From Phoronis australis (Eukaryota > Animalia > Phoronida), in NCBI GenBank assembly GCA_002633005.1, contig NMRA01000972.1, positions 18,901 through 82,900 on the forward strand: a DNA stretch of 64,000 nucleotides, given 5' to 3'. Under the pieces are notes generated by a model that saw only the letters and a list, made by a program, of their open reading frames with translations, was not told the DNA's origin and ran no database searches. Made by a program: the position numbers and the translations under genes. Below are positions 23,390 to 35,900 of the stretch, piece after piece; position 1 is the stretch's first letter; each line of letters starts with the position of its first letter.

Positions 23390-24783
23390 GTAAAATGTTT
23401 TAAAATCATCACACGATGTTTTTCTCCCAGCTTTACCGTCAATTGACCAGAAATGGACCTGCTAAAAAGTAAAGGCCTTTACGATCGACCTTATTACACC
23501 TGCGACTACTAATCCGTTGCCACTTTTGAGTTTAAAAGCAAGTGCGAGGGAGACTTCATGTTCGTAAGATAATTCTCAACCCTTATTTAATATGAAAGGG
23601 GGACTTAGTCTGAAGCTAAAAGCAATAAAATTACAACTTTTTGAAACAGAGCTCATATGTTCATTTGAGAAAAAATGCTGAGCGAAATTTTAGCGTTAGA
23701 AGTTGGGTTTATACATCTCACTAATTATTCTTTGAAATGATGTTATTCTAAACTGACCACGGACGGCAAGTAAGCTCGTTCACAAGGAAGTTTGTGAATA
23801 TACTTTTCATGCGAAAAATAGTCAAATAGTATTTGTGATTTAAAAATTCCTCAATGTTTGAATTATAAAAAACTAGCAACTTTTCGGAAGATCATGTAAG
23901 TCTTCTTAATAAGGATATCATGCATGTTTTTCTTTTTTGAAATATTGTACTCTTGTAATCACAACACATTTCTATAAAATCTAAAAGCATTCGGTATAAT
24001 TCTGGGGCTGGGATATAATCTTTTTACTCGCACTCAATCTCCAAGTTAACGTTTTCTGTTCTCTTCTGGTAACTAAGAACTCAATGGAACTGTCTATTAT
24101 TCTGTTCTCGATTATATTGTGGTTTACGTTGATGTCTATTTTGCACTTAATGAACAAAGCATTAAAGCATTAACTTACTGTCTGAACTCAAAATTTATAA
24201 TTTTTATCGACATTATAGCTCAAATCTGGGGCTACCAAGTGGGAATTCTGACTACACACCAACGGTTAGCGTAACCCATTATATACTCAATCACGGTATG
24301 ATAGATAATCAATTCGTATAAAGGAGAACGGTAACCGAAAAATATATTTTCGAGTTCGATTTCGAGTAAAAATATTACATCCCGGAACATGGTGTTGAGC
24401 CCCGGATACGAAACAAATGTGGGAGCAACCCCCTGTAGACTCCAGTTTCGCATCCGCCGCCGAAACAAATCGTCCAATGCACCTGCATGCCCCTTCGACA
24501 CCTGTTATACCTCCGGACAACACTTATACCTCTGCCCTCTTAATTCCTGAGAAACTTTTAATTAGCATGTGAAGCGCGTGGGAAGGCAAACATTATGGGG
24601 TGGGGATGGGCACAGATTCGAGTCAATTTTGCCTTAATTTTGCACACCACCGTGGTGCCAAAGTCAGATTCCTCCCTGTTACCACCACTCCAAACCCGCC
24701 TGGTCGTTGTCACTAGCGTGCAGACTTAGTTCTTCGCCGGGTCTGGGCAAACCCTGTAGAGGCAACCACCAGAGACCTAGGAG

Positions 24784-24940
24784 CAGCGTTCGAAATACAC
24801 GCTGGCCCGGTGTCCCGGGGTCAGTAGATTTGCGGCCGGGTCAGAAACTTTTAAAAGTTAACTTGGCACCCGGGCCAGTAAATTTTCAAACTAACTGGCT
24901 CGGCGGGCCACCACATTTTTTTGATGAAGTTCGAACACTA
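24784..24940. mobile_element. hAT-like MITE
   Basis: TIRs CAGCGTTCGAA and TTCGAACACTA; 8-bp flanks CCTAGGAG and CCTGGGAA (6/8, decayed TSD); internal inverted CTGGCCCGG motifs. Confidence 0.65.
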
Positions 24941-27900
24941 CCTGGGAAACTTATGCTTTATCAAAAATTGTCGAGAAAGAGTCACATTTTAGAATTGAGT
25001 ACGGTTCGCTGTTACAGCTTTACAGTATGAAACTAAGAGGTACTTCTCTTAATATGAATTGAACATGATTAAGGTGCCAAAATGTATAACAAAAATCGTT
25101 TTAGGGGGTGTAAAAGTAACGCAAGAAACTCTTTCCTCAGCAGAGAGACCGGAACACGGGAAAAACAGTCCCGCTTTGGAATGAGTAGACAGAACTGTCC
25201 AAGGTCAAGTAACACCGATTAGGTTGCATTTTGGGGAAAGCTCACTTTATTAGGGTTGTGGTTTGGATAGGCCAAAGGGCGTGGTCTCGGATTCCAAAGT
25301 TGAAACATGCGGGGTATCCCTTGCTTCCTGCTTGGCGCTTATATAAAATAACGTGATGCCTAAATTGCCGCGGCCTTGGGGACCGTATTGTACTTAATAA
25401 GAACAATTTTATTCAAAATATCAAACAGTACCTAGTCGATCAACTACGGACTGAAATTTTCTCCTGCGTGGAAACCTGCATTCTTGAATGCCGAAGGCGT
25501 TTGGTCACGACTTCTTATTATTTTCCTTTTCTTAATGTAATATAATACTGTTTATAACGTGTTATAAGTTTCCATATTAGTCAAAGTACTCGTCTTAAGA
25601 AGTGTGTTCACGAAAACGACGCTTACGACCTTTTAGCCCCAAGTCTGATTTACACCTGTGCTGGCTAATCACTGTGCATTTTTTTCTGGAACTTAAAAGT
25701 TCACAAAAAACTGGTTCCTATCTTCATCAGAGAACGACGATTTACATGTAGGCCTACTTTTAGTTACGTTCAAGTTAAGGGAAAATAAATGTTATGAGTC
25801 TTTGTGAAACTGCCTCAGAATACAAGTTTCTCGTGTTTATTTTCCAATCCTGGTTACGTCACGTTTATCTCAACTCCCCAAATCGTTAATACGGAGCTCG
25901 TTAGTTGCTATATTGACCTTGAGTTATAGATGTGCCTTTGTATTCTGGTATTTGTCTTTGCAAGGTCACGGCCAAGTAACGATTTATAATTCAGTAATAT
26001 AAAGAAAACATTGCCAGGACACGATATTGTCTTTAATATCATGTTGATTTAATCAACAAAGAAAACAGATTGTTGTTATTCAACTTCATTTCTTTGGCTA
26101 TAGTGTTCATACCCATGCACCTATATCTGAAATAATGGTTTAAATGTGAAACACTATTTTCTGGTCAAGTGTTTCGCATAGGCGCAAGCGGCTATCCCAA
26201 ATTCAGAACACAACTTAAAACTATGTGTTGTGTGTTTTTCTGTATTCTTTGTCTATTCTCAGACCTTTTCATTAATTAGTAATCATTAAATTGAATGCAT
26301 GTTAACGACTACAATTTTATAACGGATGAGTACACTCACAAAATAATTGAAAATCCACTCCTTGGATTTACTCAAGTTTTGCGCATATAGGCGCATGCGC
26401 CTAATTCCACATATAGGGACAGCTTTAGATACCGTATAGGCACACGGACTTAAATACGCGCAAAATGCAGGTAAAGGAAACTGCCCACGGAAATAAATGT
26501 TCGACTACCTAGTTCCAACTTAGCCATATAGATAAAAAACTATCAGCCTCGCGCAAACTAGGGTCTCCATCTCTTCAACATAGGACCCCCCTAAAATGTT
26601 GGGGCCATAAGGGGGAGGTGCTTGTAGCTCGACAATTGTTATGACCTGGCGAGGGGAGCCTGAAATTGTGGAGACCGCAGGAGTTTAATTTGAAAGTTGT
26701 AGCACTCTGGGGCCTTAAAAGTGTGACACCCAGGGTCCCCAAACGTTTTAACCTGAGGGCTCAGATAAATCTTTATCCAGCAGCCACTACCCAACATGAG
26801 AGGTCACAGGGAGCAAGGCGACGAGTGAATAGTTCAAGAGTTATGCAGTTCATTTACGCAGATAATGGCACATCCTGTACTTGAGAGCGACATACAGTGA
26901 GCGACTGAATTATTCAATGTATTTTACACTTGATGACCACTATAGTATCTGTTCAACCGTATGCTATAGTTTAGTGTATGCAAAGTATTTTGGTCTGCAC
27001 TCATAATAGGGTTGCCATGGCGTAAATCGCGACGGGACATCACATTATTATTTAAGATAACGCGTGAATAAAAACGAAGGCTTTTATTCGTTGACAGACA
27101 CTGGAAACATTGACATGGTTAGCAATTTTGACAGTGATAAGCATTATTTCAGTATAGCATAGGCCTTAAGGATATTTCATGCCGTGTAAAATGAAAACAA
27201 CGAAAAAGTCTCCAACTACGAATGTATGGCAATTTATGAAACCTAAAGCTGCAGTAAAATTTTACTGACCAATCTCGGTACACAACTGTCAACGTATCAA
27301 ATTTTACATGGTTCCCTATACATAAGTATTTGATTCCTGTTCTTACTTGTATTCTGACGAGAAATAATGACCAGAAACTTACCAATCAAGACCAGAAGGG
27401 ACAGTTACTACTAGCTTACTACCTAATTATGATAAATTACAAACTTGGTTACATAGCCATACAAAATATGTCGCAAATGTTTCCATACGATGATTAAAAA
27501 TTAACTCCGCTCTGAATATATAACCCCGGCATCGACAAGTAATTTGGTGTCAAAATGCAACACTATGGAAGTGCAAGACGCTTCAGTTCATATGCTGCTG
27601 ATCTCTATGCTGATGTTTGAGGAAGGGACATGCACGCACCCAGAGGGGAGGGGGGAGGCTTCCCAATTTGCAATTTGGCGAAGTGGCAAAAAGGTCCGCC
27701 TCAGAGAAACGAGGACTCCGAACGTTTTCCTGAGTCGTTGGTGATTTCGATGTTACATTATCGAAATCGAATCATATCAGTAATTTGATTACCTTTTTGC
27801 AAGCGAATCAGGGCGCAACGCAGCTTTAAAACTGAGTAAATTTGATAGCTTTTTGCAACCATAGCACCCCTTTTGTGACACACGCGTGTTTTGTGTAATG

Positions 27901-27949
27901 GGCCCAACCATGAGGCCTGCTCACCTCTGATGCACCGCTAATGAAGTCA

Positions 27950-28358
27950 GTGGCCGGTCGCATGAAACAGTTTCAAGTAAGGACTCAACTAAGTTCTTTA
28001 GGTACAGATGTAATATTTTTTTGTATAATTTTATCTTTATTATGAGCTCTTCTTTGACTATTGGCATTTTGAAATAATATTACTAAAAAGTGAGCCCTTA
28101 ATTTAATCACAACAGTTAGGGACTTAGTCCTTAAATTGGGGGCGTTGAATGAAAAGATCCCTACTTATTTTCAATAATATTGAGAATTCAATCTAGAGCT
28201 CACTCTCAATTTTTATCAAAGCCAAAATTTGGCATAGAAACGATACTCAAGCAGCATAAGATAGGACAATCAGAATATTCACAAGCCCGCAAATACGCAG
28301 TGGATTTAGGGAACTTAGTTGATTCCCTATTTGGGACTGTTTCATGCAACCGAGCACA
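27950..28358. mobile_element. MITE (Harbinger-like), family with several copies in the window
   Basis: TIRs GTGGCCGGTCGCATGAAACAGT and ACTGTTTCATGCAACCGAGCAC; the body is homologous to about 2212-2558 and (inverted) 39590-39700; a fragment ends near 28903. Confidence 0.72.
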
Positions 28359-29417
28359 GACCACTTGCTCTGTTTTTTGTGACACACGCAATGTGCATAG
28401 AACACTAGCCCACTGCACATGTGTTGTCGAATCTCTTCCCGCAGTACTCCAATTTTCATAACCAGAAAAACAACATTCTGTTCATCTTTTTTGTCAATGC
28501 TGGTCCCAACATTTTACTTTGAGGTAACGAACAATAACACATTTCCAGTTCAGCTTTGGGGAACTTTCTGATGTTACATGGAAAAGTCAAAGTAGGCACT
28601 CAAATATGCCTCCTTTCCTTTCAACACTCTTGCACACTCTACTCGGAATTCGTAATATAATGAAGAATAAGTGGGATCTTTTCGTACAGCGGCCCTAATT
28701 TTGTTCCGTGTTTATTCCATATTTAATTTCATTGAAATGAGGCCTTAGTTTTCATAGCTACATGTATTACTAAAAATTCCATATGTTAAAGATAAAGTGA
28801 TACAAAAATATGACAATAGTGATTGAACTAACTCTACAAATGCCCTGGAAATTTAGGGAACGAAGTTTAGCCCCTATTAAAACTATTTCATGCAACCAAC
28901 CACTAAGGCCCATGGCAAACTTTGTATTAAACATCAGATCAAGTAACATGAGTCGTCATCGGTATCAAACCATTTTTCAAATGGTGCACAGCAAAAAATG
29001 CTAGTACAAGATGAATAACACCACAATAACAAAATTATTTCATTATGAAGATAATCACATGTCTCTATTAACTGTGGGTGTGGCAACAAAGAAAATATTC
29101 GAACAAAAAGATGTTTTAAAAACCTAAAATGTATTGAATCCATGGAAACAAGGAAGAATTGAGCACATATACATGAAGTTGTTAATATAGCAGAGGTATT
29201 GTCTGTTCCACACATTATATGTTTGTTTTACTACACAATTAGACCACTGCGGTACACTCTGGGTACAATCATAAATAATTACACAGATAGCTACCCGTAA
29301 TAAATATATAAATCGCTGTAAAAATGAATATAATCAAAATAATATCACATTACCTCCCTCCTCCGCGTTGCGTCCTTACTTTTAATCCCAGCTTCATCCC
29401 TCGCTCCATCCCAACCC

Positions 29418-29421
<4 letters not shown>

Positions 29422-29457
<36 letters not shown>

Positions 29458-29715
29458 NNNNNNNNNNNNNNNNNNNNNNNNNNNNNNNNNNNNNNNNNNN
29501 NNNNNNNNNNNNNNNNNNNNNNNNNNNNNNNNNNNNNNNNNNNNNNNNNNNNNNNNNNNNNNNNNNNNNNNNNNNNNNNNNNNNNNNNNNNNNNNNNNNN
29601 NNNNNNNNNNNCTCTCTCTCGCCCTCTCCCTTTCCATCTCCCCCCTCTCTCTCCTCTTTCCTTCTCTCTCCCTGTTTCCATCCCGTTCCCCTGTCTCTCC
29701 TTCCCTCCCTCCCTT
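29422..29715 (+). repeat. (CT)n and pyrimidine-rich tract spanning a gap (N 29458-29611), downstream of the ANKUB1 stop
   Basis: TC repeats on both sides of the gap, then degenerate CT-rich sequence. Confidence 0.9.
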
Positions 29716-30089
29716 ACGCGCACCCCTATCTGTTCCAGCGTCTTGTCAAAAAATTCATCAGTTGTCTTCAATATCTATAAGCACTTTTGGTACACATGTC
29801 ACAACAAAAAGCATAAATAATTTACGAATAGCACAAAATGGTGATTTTTAGAACATCAAACCTCGTGAGGCGCTCGTTTATGTGTATATAGACATTAAAA
29901 CAACATCAATCAACCGTGACAAAACGACTGGGATCAACCATCCCCAGCGTTTTACAACGACAATTGCTTCAATTAATTTTGTCTCTACACAGTCGAGCAC
30001 GAGTATTCCACACATATCATGCGCATTAAACCTTTGAATTAGCGAACCACAAAGCTGTATCTTGCTTACATTTTAGTTACCCAAGCACA

Positions 30090-32288
30090 TCACGATTCAT
30101 CGCGTCGTTTAAACGTATCAACATTATTTCGCACTACTTTTTTGACACCCTGTGCGGTCAACGTCATGGCCAGGCGAACCTGTTGTAACCATGGTTTGTC
30201 TTTAAAGTTACTAGCAATCGAAAGACATTTTATGGCATAGTCTCTTGCTTGCAGTCCTCGATATTTTTCGTACAAAGTCAAAGTTGAAATTGCTGGGTCA
30301 CTCGCTGACCGCACATGATGAAAATAAGGTCTGGTTTTATTTTCTAAACTCATAACCGGAAGTTGGACATCTCCTTCACCTTGGCTGGCCTGTGCCAACT
30401 GAAGGGCTTTCGTTACCGATTTCTTATTCTTGACTTGTGTCTTACTTTGCCCTTGAGAATCACTTAATGTTCGTGACCTCTCATTCTTGGAGTCTTCTCC
30501 ATTTGACTGGCCTGTTTGCAAGTATGTTCCCTTACCAACGCTGCTGAGATCAGGGTGGGACTGAGTTGTCATATTTGGTGTGCGGCTTAGGCGAGGTAGC
30601 TTAACACCACCATCAAGAGTATTGTCTGACCTTAGCAAGGACGACCCTCCACCTCCACCAACAAGACTGGAAAATATTGCGTCTTTGGGCGGCGGCCTGT
30701 CGACCACATTTGGACCGTTTTTTCGTTTCACCTTTCGCTTACTCTTTGACGACTTCGGCGACACATTAGTGTCATTGTCTGCGGTTTTAAATGTCGAACT
30801 TTCAGAAACATTTTCCTCCCCATTTTCTTCCAAGATTACAGCAGGTCGGCTATGTTTAGATGATTTGGTATTGTGTGAAGCGTCATTGTTATTTTGGTCG
30901 ACATCAATGGCATGTGACAATTGTGACTGTGTACCGGGCTTGTGATCGTTAGCCGATGGTGGTCGGCTAGCATGAGACGAGTCCTCCGAGTCAGTTTTAA
31001 CGCGACCAAAATTCTTAACTGACGGCTTTTTCTTCAGTAACATATTTGAATGACTGAGACTCCTTTGTGCTTCCTTGAAATACATATCCGGGTTTTTGTT
31101 TTTGTCTTGCGGTAAAATCAAATACGACCTCGTCCGTCGTTCTACGGTGTTGGGACTCGGACAAAACACAGGTTTGCCGTTCATTCTCTTGTCTCCAAAT
31201 CCATCGACAGACACGTCGAGCCCAACCAGTGTTCCACTGGCGGCGATAAACGGTCTTCGCTTCAAAGACGATTTTGATTGTCCGTATACGGTGAATACCT
31301 TGTCCTTAGCACGTTCGCACCAGTCCTTGATGGAAGCGTATAAATTCAAAGGCATGGTATAATCTGAGTGCCCGTACTGTATTCTACTCCACTGCTTTGC
31401 AAGGAGAAATCCAGCACAAGGCTTCTTTTTGTTCCGAAGTGCCAACTGAAATGCAGTTTTGCCATTTCCATCCTTGACAACAATAGAGTACAAGCTGTAA
31501 CTGACAAACGCTCGCAAAACATTCAATTGCCCAGATTCTGCACATTCATGTATAGGCGTTTTGTAAGAGTCAATATGGCGCTCATTGTCACACCATTGAC
31601 GGCTTGGATGGTAACCAACTGGGATATCAGATCTAACGCCTTGTTTCAAAAGGGTTATAGCCAAGTCTGGGTGTCCAAAATGAGCCGCTATATACAAGGC
31701 TACTTTCATTTGAAACCGAGATATTGCCTCGTCTGGAAACAATTGTTCCATTACCAGGTGGGCAAACCCTCTGATGGCAAGATTTAAGAAGTCTGTCCAA
31801 CCATCCCAGGTTTCCAGTAGCACTTTATCACCAATTGAAAAGTTGTAATCTTCTAAATTGTGACAGTCAAACAGTTCCTTCTCGGATTTATCATCAACAA
31901 GACGGAAGACACCAACTGGAAGACCGGAGCGTCGCGACACAATTGACCTTAAGTCGGCAACAGATGAATGAACAATGTCTATCTCATCCATCACTTGAAT
32001 CACGTCGTTTTTGTGGGAGCAGTGAACGAATAGACGTGGCTTTATTTCCTCCTTTTCCTTTATACGAATCGTGGTCCCAGGATTTATCCCGATGTCCGTA
32101 AATACCCATTCGTCCTTGAGGTCAGCTCCGGCGAAGGATAACACAACCACTTTCCGGTCTGGCTTTCCTGCTTGATCGCCACCGATCATAAAACGCTCTT
32201 GCACTTCCTTACGTACATCTTCTACTTTGGCACCGTCATCTACGTCGTAGACGTAACGTTCCCCTTCGTAAGCGATGAATATTCTCAT
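30090..32288 (-). CDS. ANKUB1: ANKUB1-like protein (two ubiquitin-like domains, ankyrin repeats, long low-complexity region), single coding exon, 732 aa
   Basis: The 741-codon ORF in the track starts at GTG; the first ATG at 32288 gives MRIFIAYEG, matching the recalled ANKUB1 N-terminus MRIFIAFEG. Motifs FAGADLKDEW..DIGI, GLPVGVFRL, WDGWTDFL, VALYIAAHFGH, VGYHPSRQWC and PIHECAESGQL also match. Confidence 0.93.
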   Translation of the reverse strand: MRIFIAYEGERYVYDVDDGAKVEDVRKEVQERFMIGGDQAGKPDRKVVVLSFAGADLKDEWVFTDIGINPGTTIRIKEKEEIKPRLFVHCSHKNDVIQVMDEIDIVHSSVADLRSIVSRRSGLPVGVFRLVDDKSEKELFDCHNLEDYNFSIGDKVLLETWDGWTDFLNLAIRGFAHLVMEQLFPDEAISRFQMKVALYIAAHFGHPDLAITLLKQGVRSDIPVGYHPSRQWCDNERHIDSYKTPIHECAESGQLNVLRAFVSYSLYSIVVKDGNGKTAFQLALRNKKKPCAGFLLAKQWSRIQYGHSDYTMPLNLYASIKDWCERAKDKVFTVYGQSKSSLKRRPFIAASGTLVGLDVSVDGFGDKRMNGKPVFCPSPNTVERRTRSYLILPQDKNKNPDMYFKEAQRSLSHSNMLLKKKPSVKNFGRVKTDSEDSSHASRPPSANDHKPGTQSQLSHAIDVDQNNNDASHNTKSSKHSRPAVILEENGEENVSESSTFKTADNDTNVSPKSSKSKRKVKRKNGPNVVDRPPPKDAIFSSLVGGGGGSSLLRSDNTLDGGVKLPRLSRTPNMTTQSHPDLSSVGKGTYLQTGQSNGEDSKNERSRTLSDSQGQSKTQVKNKKSVTKALQLAQASQGEGDVQLPVMSLENKTRPYFHHVRSASDPAISTLTLYEKYRGLQARDYAIKCLSIASNFKDKPWLQQVRLAMTLTAQGVKKVVRNNVDTFKRRDES

Positions 32289-32406
32289 TGTTTCAGAATG
32301 TCCAAAAATCAGCACGGCACTTACAATATAGTATTACATGCTATCGCCTGGGTGAAGGTAAATAATTTCGGTATTTTCTCAGTTCATTGCTGCACTTGAT
32401 CTATAC

Positions 32407-32620
32407 CTGTAAAATAACAAATTATTTTAATACTTACAAGAGCTTGAAAACATTAGATTCTGAAAAGCAAATTGCCACATCTTCCTTCTAAACTAGATGT
32501 AGATTGTTTTATCCCTTCACACCAAGCGCGTCGTGAAGACATCGGTTTAGAGACTGGCTGCTACGCTCAAATTTGTTAAAACATGACTCTAGTGCGGCAC
32601 CGTTTACTTTAGGTTCTTAC
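32407..32620 (-). other. Putative 5'-UTR intron of ANKUB1
   Basis: Donor GGG|GTAAGA at 32620 and acceptor ttattttacag|G at 32407, 118 nt upstream of the ATG. Confidence 0.55.
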
Positions 32621-32931
32621 CCCAATTGTGCGACTTTAAGTGAGTAACCTTTTAGTAGCTTTTACTCCATTTTCGAAATCGCTGCTCGGTTGTGGTAGAA
32701 CCCTCAACATCACCTTATTCATAATACTTTTCGAGGCAAAATTTTTTTTCAAAAGTTTCCAACCTATTTCTTGCCATATAATTGCACCGCATCTTAATCA
32801 TTTACCGCATAGATGTATAGTAGATATACCACAGCGAAAGAAGCAAAGAAACAAAGAAACAAAACAAAGTCATTCCGACGTTACTACGAACACTACATAA
32901 CTTCATGTGCAGACGCTCACAGCCCACTTCG

Positions 32932-32946
32932 GTTAGTTATGGTAAC
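32932..32946. promoter_or_regulatory. RFX X-box-like motif upstream of ANKUB1
   Basis: GTTAGTTATGGTAAC has a good RGYAAC half-site about 300 nt upstream of the putative exon-1 donor; further X-box-like sites lie at 33311-33325 and 34406-34419. Confidence 0.45.
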
Positions 32947-35900
32947 AACAGCGAAAATAGTATATCACATTGATTAAGTGCCTGTTAACCCTTGTCCTTA
33001 GCCTATGGCGAACACAACTGTCAATATTCAGACTTTGTCAAAGTCTCAAATCCATACATTGATTGCGGAAGGTTTTTGAAGAGCCCTATCTTCCACTGTC
33101 TGTACGGATTGGAATTGATCACGGAATCAAGACATATGACGAGTAGTAATCAACAAAAATCTCATTTGTTATCAGTATCCCAAATTCCTTACCGTTTAGA
33201 TACTTAAAAATCGTCGACTTTTGCCGCCTGAACTTTCTCATATAACCGAGATCGAGCTCAACCGTGAAGGTATTAACTTGACTTGAAATCACTTGCTGAT
33301 TTATAGAACTGCTGTCCGTGGCAACGAAAAGCCTTTTGTGGCTAATCTGAAACGCAACCCGAATTCATACTCTTAAGAACAACCCTGAACTGTAACATTT
33401 GTGCGGAAAAGAATAACAGTCAACCGGATTTTCAATAGCACGCCGTCGAGCCTTCCAGTGTATAATGAATGGAATTAATCAACCAGTACGATGAAAATGT
33501 TTATATTAAACGAAAAACTCTCGATTGAAAACTGGCATTTTGTAAACAAACAATAACTACATTGTAGGCAATTGTTGGCGTGACCGCTTTAATGGAAGGG
33601 CTGAAGTAGCGTTTCAATAAAGTTGTATAAAGTTACCGGACTGAAGGAAATTCACATGTCATTCATATGTTTTTTATATAAATAGGAGTAATAAAACCTG
33701 ACTTGCAATACGTATTTACAAAATAAGCTCTGCATTAGAGTATTTATTATGGCCATGACAAGTTCACTGAGACATTCGTAAACGTCAATCCAATGTCGAA
33801 AATTACTTCGACACGCTTATTATAGTTTGTACGTTTTAACAATTTAGCGACATTCCCATTTTTGCTTGCTGTGTTTATAGAACATGGAAATGTAACACAC
33901 AAAAAGCTGAATCTAGGGGTTAACTTGCGAACTTGTTTTATACAAGGCTCAGCGACCCTGATATGAAAGTCATGAAATTCCAACACAGTAATCTGAAATT
34001 GACATTATCTATTTAATTAGTATTATTAGTTATAACGATGGCAGTAAGATAACGTGTTTTGACATCGTTTCACAACACTTTCGCCAGTGCTTAAGTCAGG
34101 ATTCAGTTCTTACTTCAACATTTCGTGGCTGTTCAAATGACGTAGGCAACGTATACCATCAAATTCTAAACATTTCGTCACATGAACCCATCTGGAGAAT
34201 AGATTGACTATCATGTTTTAAAAATATTCTTCGTTTAACTTCACACAACGCAACATTGAATAAACTTCTTCATCCGACTTCACTTACCAGTACAAAAACA
34301 GATGCGTATTCTTCATATCACGGAGTTCCAACATGCAACACATAGACTTCGAGTCAGACCCTACTCGGGTACATTGCAAATGATTGTGCGTGAAAGTCAA
34401 CTTTGACCGCCATGGCAACAAAGACAGACTCGGGTTTCACAACATACAGTATTTATCAAACTTTCATGACTAGTGCATAGCCATACTTCGTTATCCATGA
34501 TTTGCTGTAACAACAACGTGACGGTTTCTATGCAGGAACATTCAATGGAGTTAATGACACCTTTGGATGAGCATCACATTGTGACACGCACCAGGAAACC
34601 AGTGTGACAAACCTATTCCCTATACAGATCGTCAGTCGACTATAGGAGAAATAAAAACAGAGCCATAAAATAATTCCTTGAATTTGGCTGGGGAGACTTT
34701 TCATTGCCTTATTTACTGAAAATAGAGATTTATTCAAATGCTTGTTGTTCGCCAATTCGTGTACTTCATATTTTACGTGTAAAGAATTGCATTGAGAGTG
34801 GTACGGAAATGAAATACAAATGACTAGGGACATGTGCGCATGCCGCGAAAGGTGATGCGATAATTGCTATCATTCGTTTTCATCGACCTTGGATTATTAT
34901 GAAGCTGAATAATAAAGAGTGTTTCATGAGGTTCAGTAGGAAAAGGTATATGCCCTAGCTGAACGGCAGTTGCGGAGATGACGGGTCACTCCCTTCATAA
35001 TAATGATCGTTGATCAAGTTGATTTTCTCTTATTAAACTGGTTTCAAACCCTTTCTTGCCACAGTATCAGTTGGTTTCTATCACGTGAAGGAAATGAAGG
35101 ATCGCCTGCGATTGATAGGAAGCAAACCAATCCTGGAAAGATTGAGTTGCCCTGATGAAAGTAGCGGTTTCTTGCACGCTTTCTAACTATTCTGTTTGGA
35201 TACAGATATCACTTTCACGGAAAGGTATGAGGCATATTTTGTGTGGACGAGTAACGTGGTTATGATTAGCATTTCACAAAGGAATTTAGTCTTTTTAATA
35301 TTGTCGTTTAAATTGAAATAATAAACACATGTTTAACGAATTCAAATGTAAAACAAACCACAGCATGGAGAACAAACATAGCTTTGGGTACGCTGACAAA
35401 GTTTTATTGGATGTATTCTTAAGTCAAGTGTTGGGGAAACTATTTCAATATTTGCCAAGATGCATCGATAAACATTAAAACTTTTGTTTGTTAGAGTCTT
35501 TATCGATGACCAGTGGTTGTCAACAAACGGACTCATAGCAACGATGTATGCCCATTTTGGCTACTGACTGTATTAACAGAAAATCTGCATGCATTTATTG
35601 ACACTAGTTATGCTGTATTGACTTGTTAGTCTTTTCGTATTCAATTAGATGATACACTTTACAGCACTGTATTGGAAGTGTCGTAAACTCTCTTTGACTA
35701 ACGAGGGTCATGAACCATTAAATCGTGTACTGCAGAAACTCAATTTTTATTTCATGGTTTCTATAAATTCACTATTGCTGAGGTATCTGTCTTCTTACGT
35801 AATCTAAGGGCACACTGTTTCTTCTATCGTAGATCTCATATCGCCCGTATGTAGGGCCCTATAGACAAGACTGTACATGTATATATAGCCCAATATCTAC

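Noticed and set aside
25255-25410. Possible tRNA gene or tRNA-derived SINE
   Set aside because: No convincing A/B boxes or cloverleaf; too degraded to call.
29324-29851. ORFs with SLSLSL or ERERER runs
   Set aside because: Microsatellite plus gap translations.
30580-32399. Plus-strand ORFs overlapping ANKUB1
   Set aside because: Antisense shadows of the real CDS with no recognisable domains.
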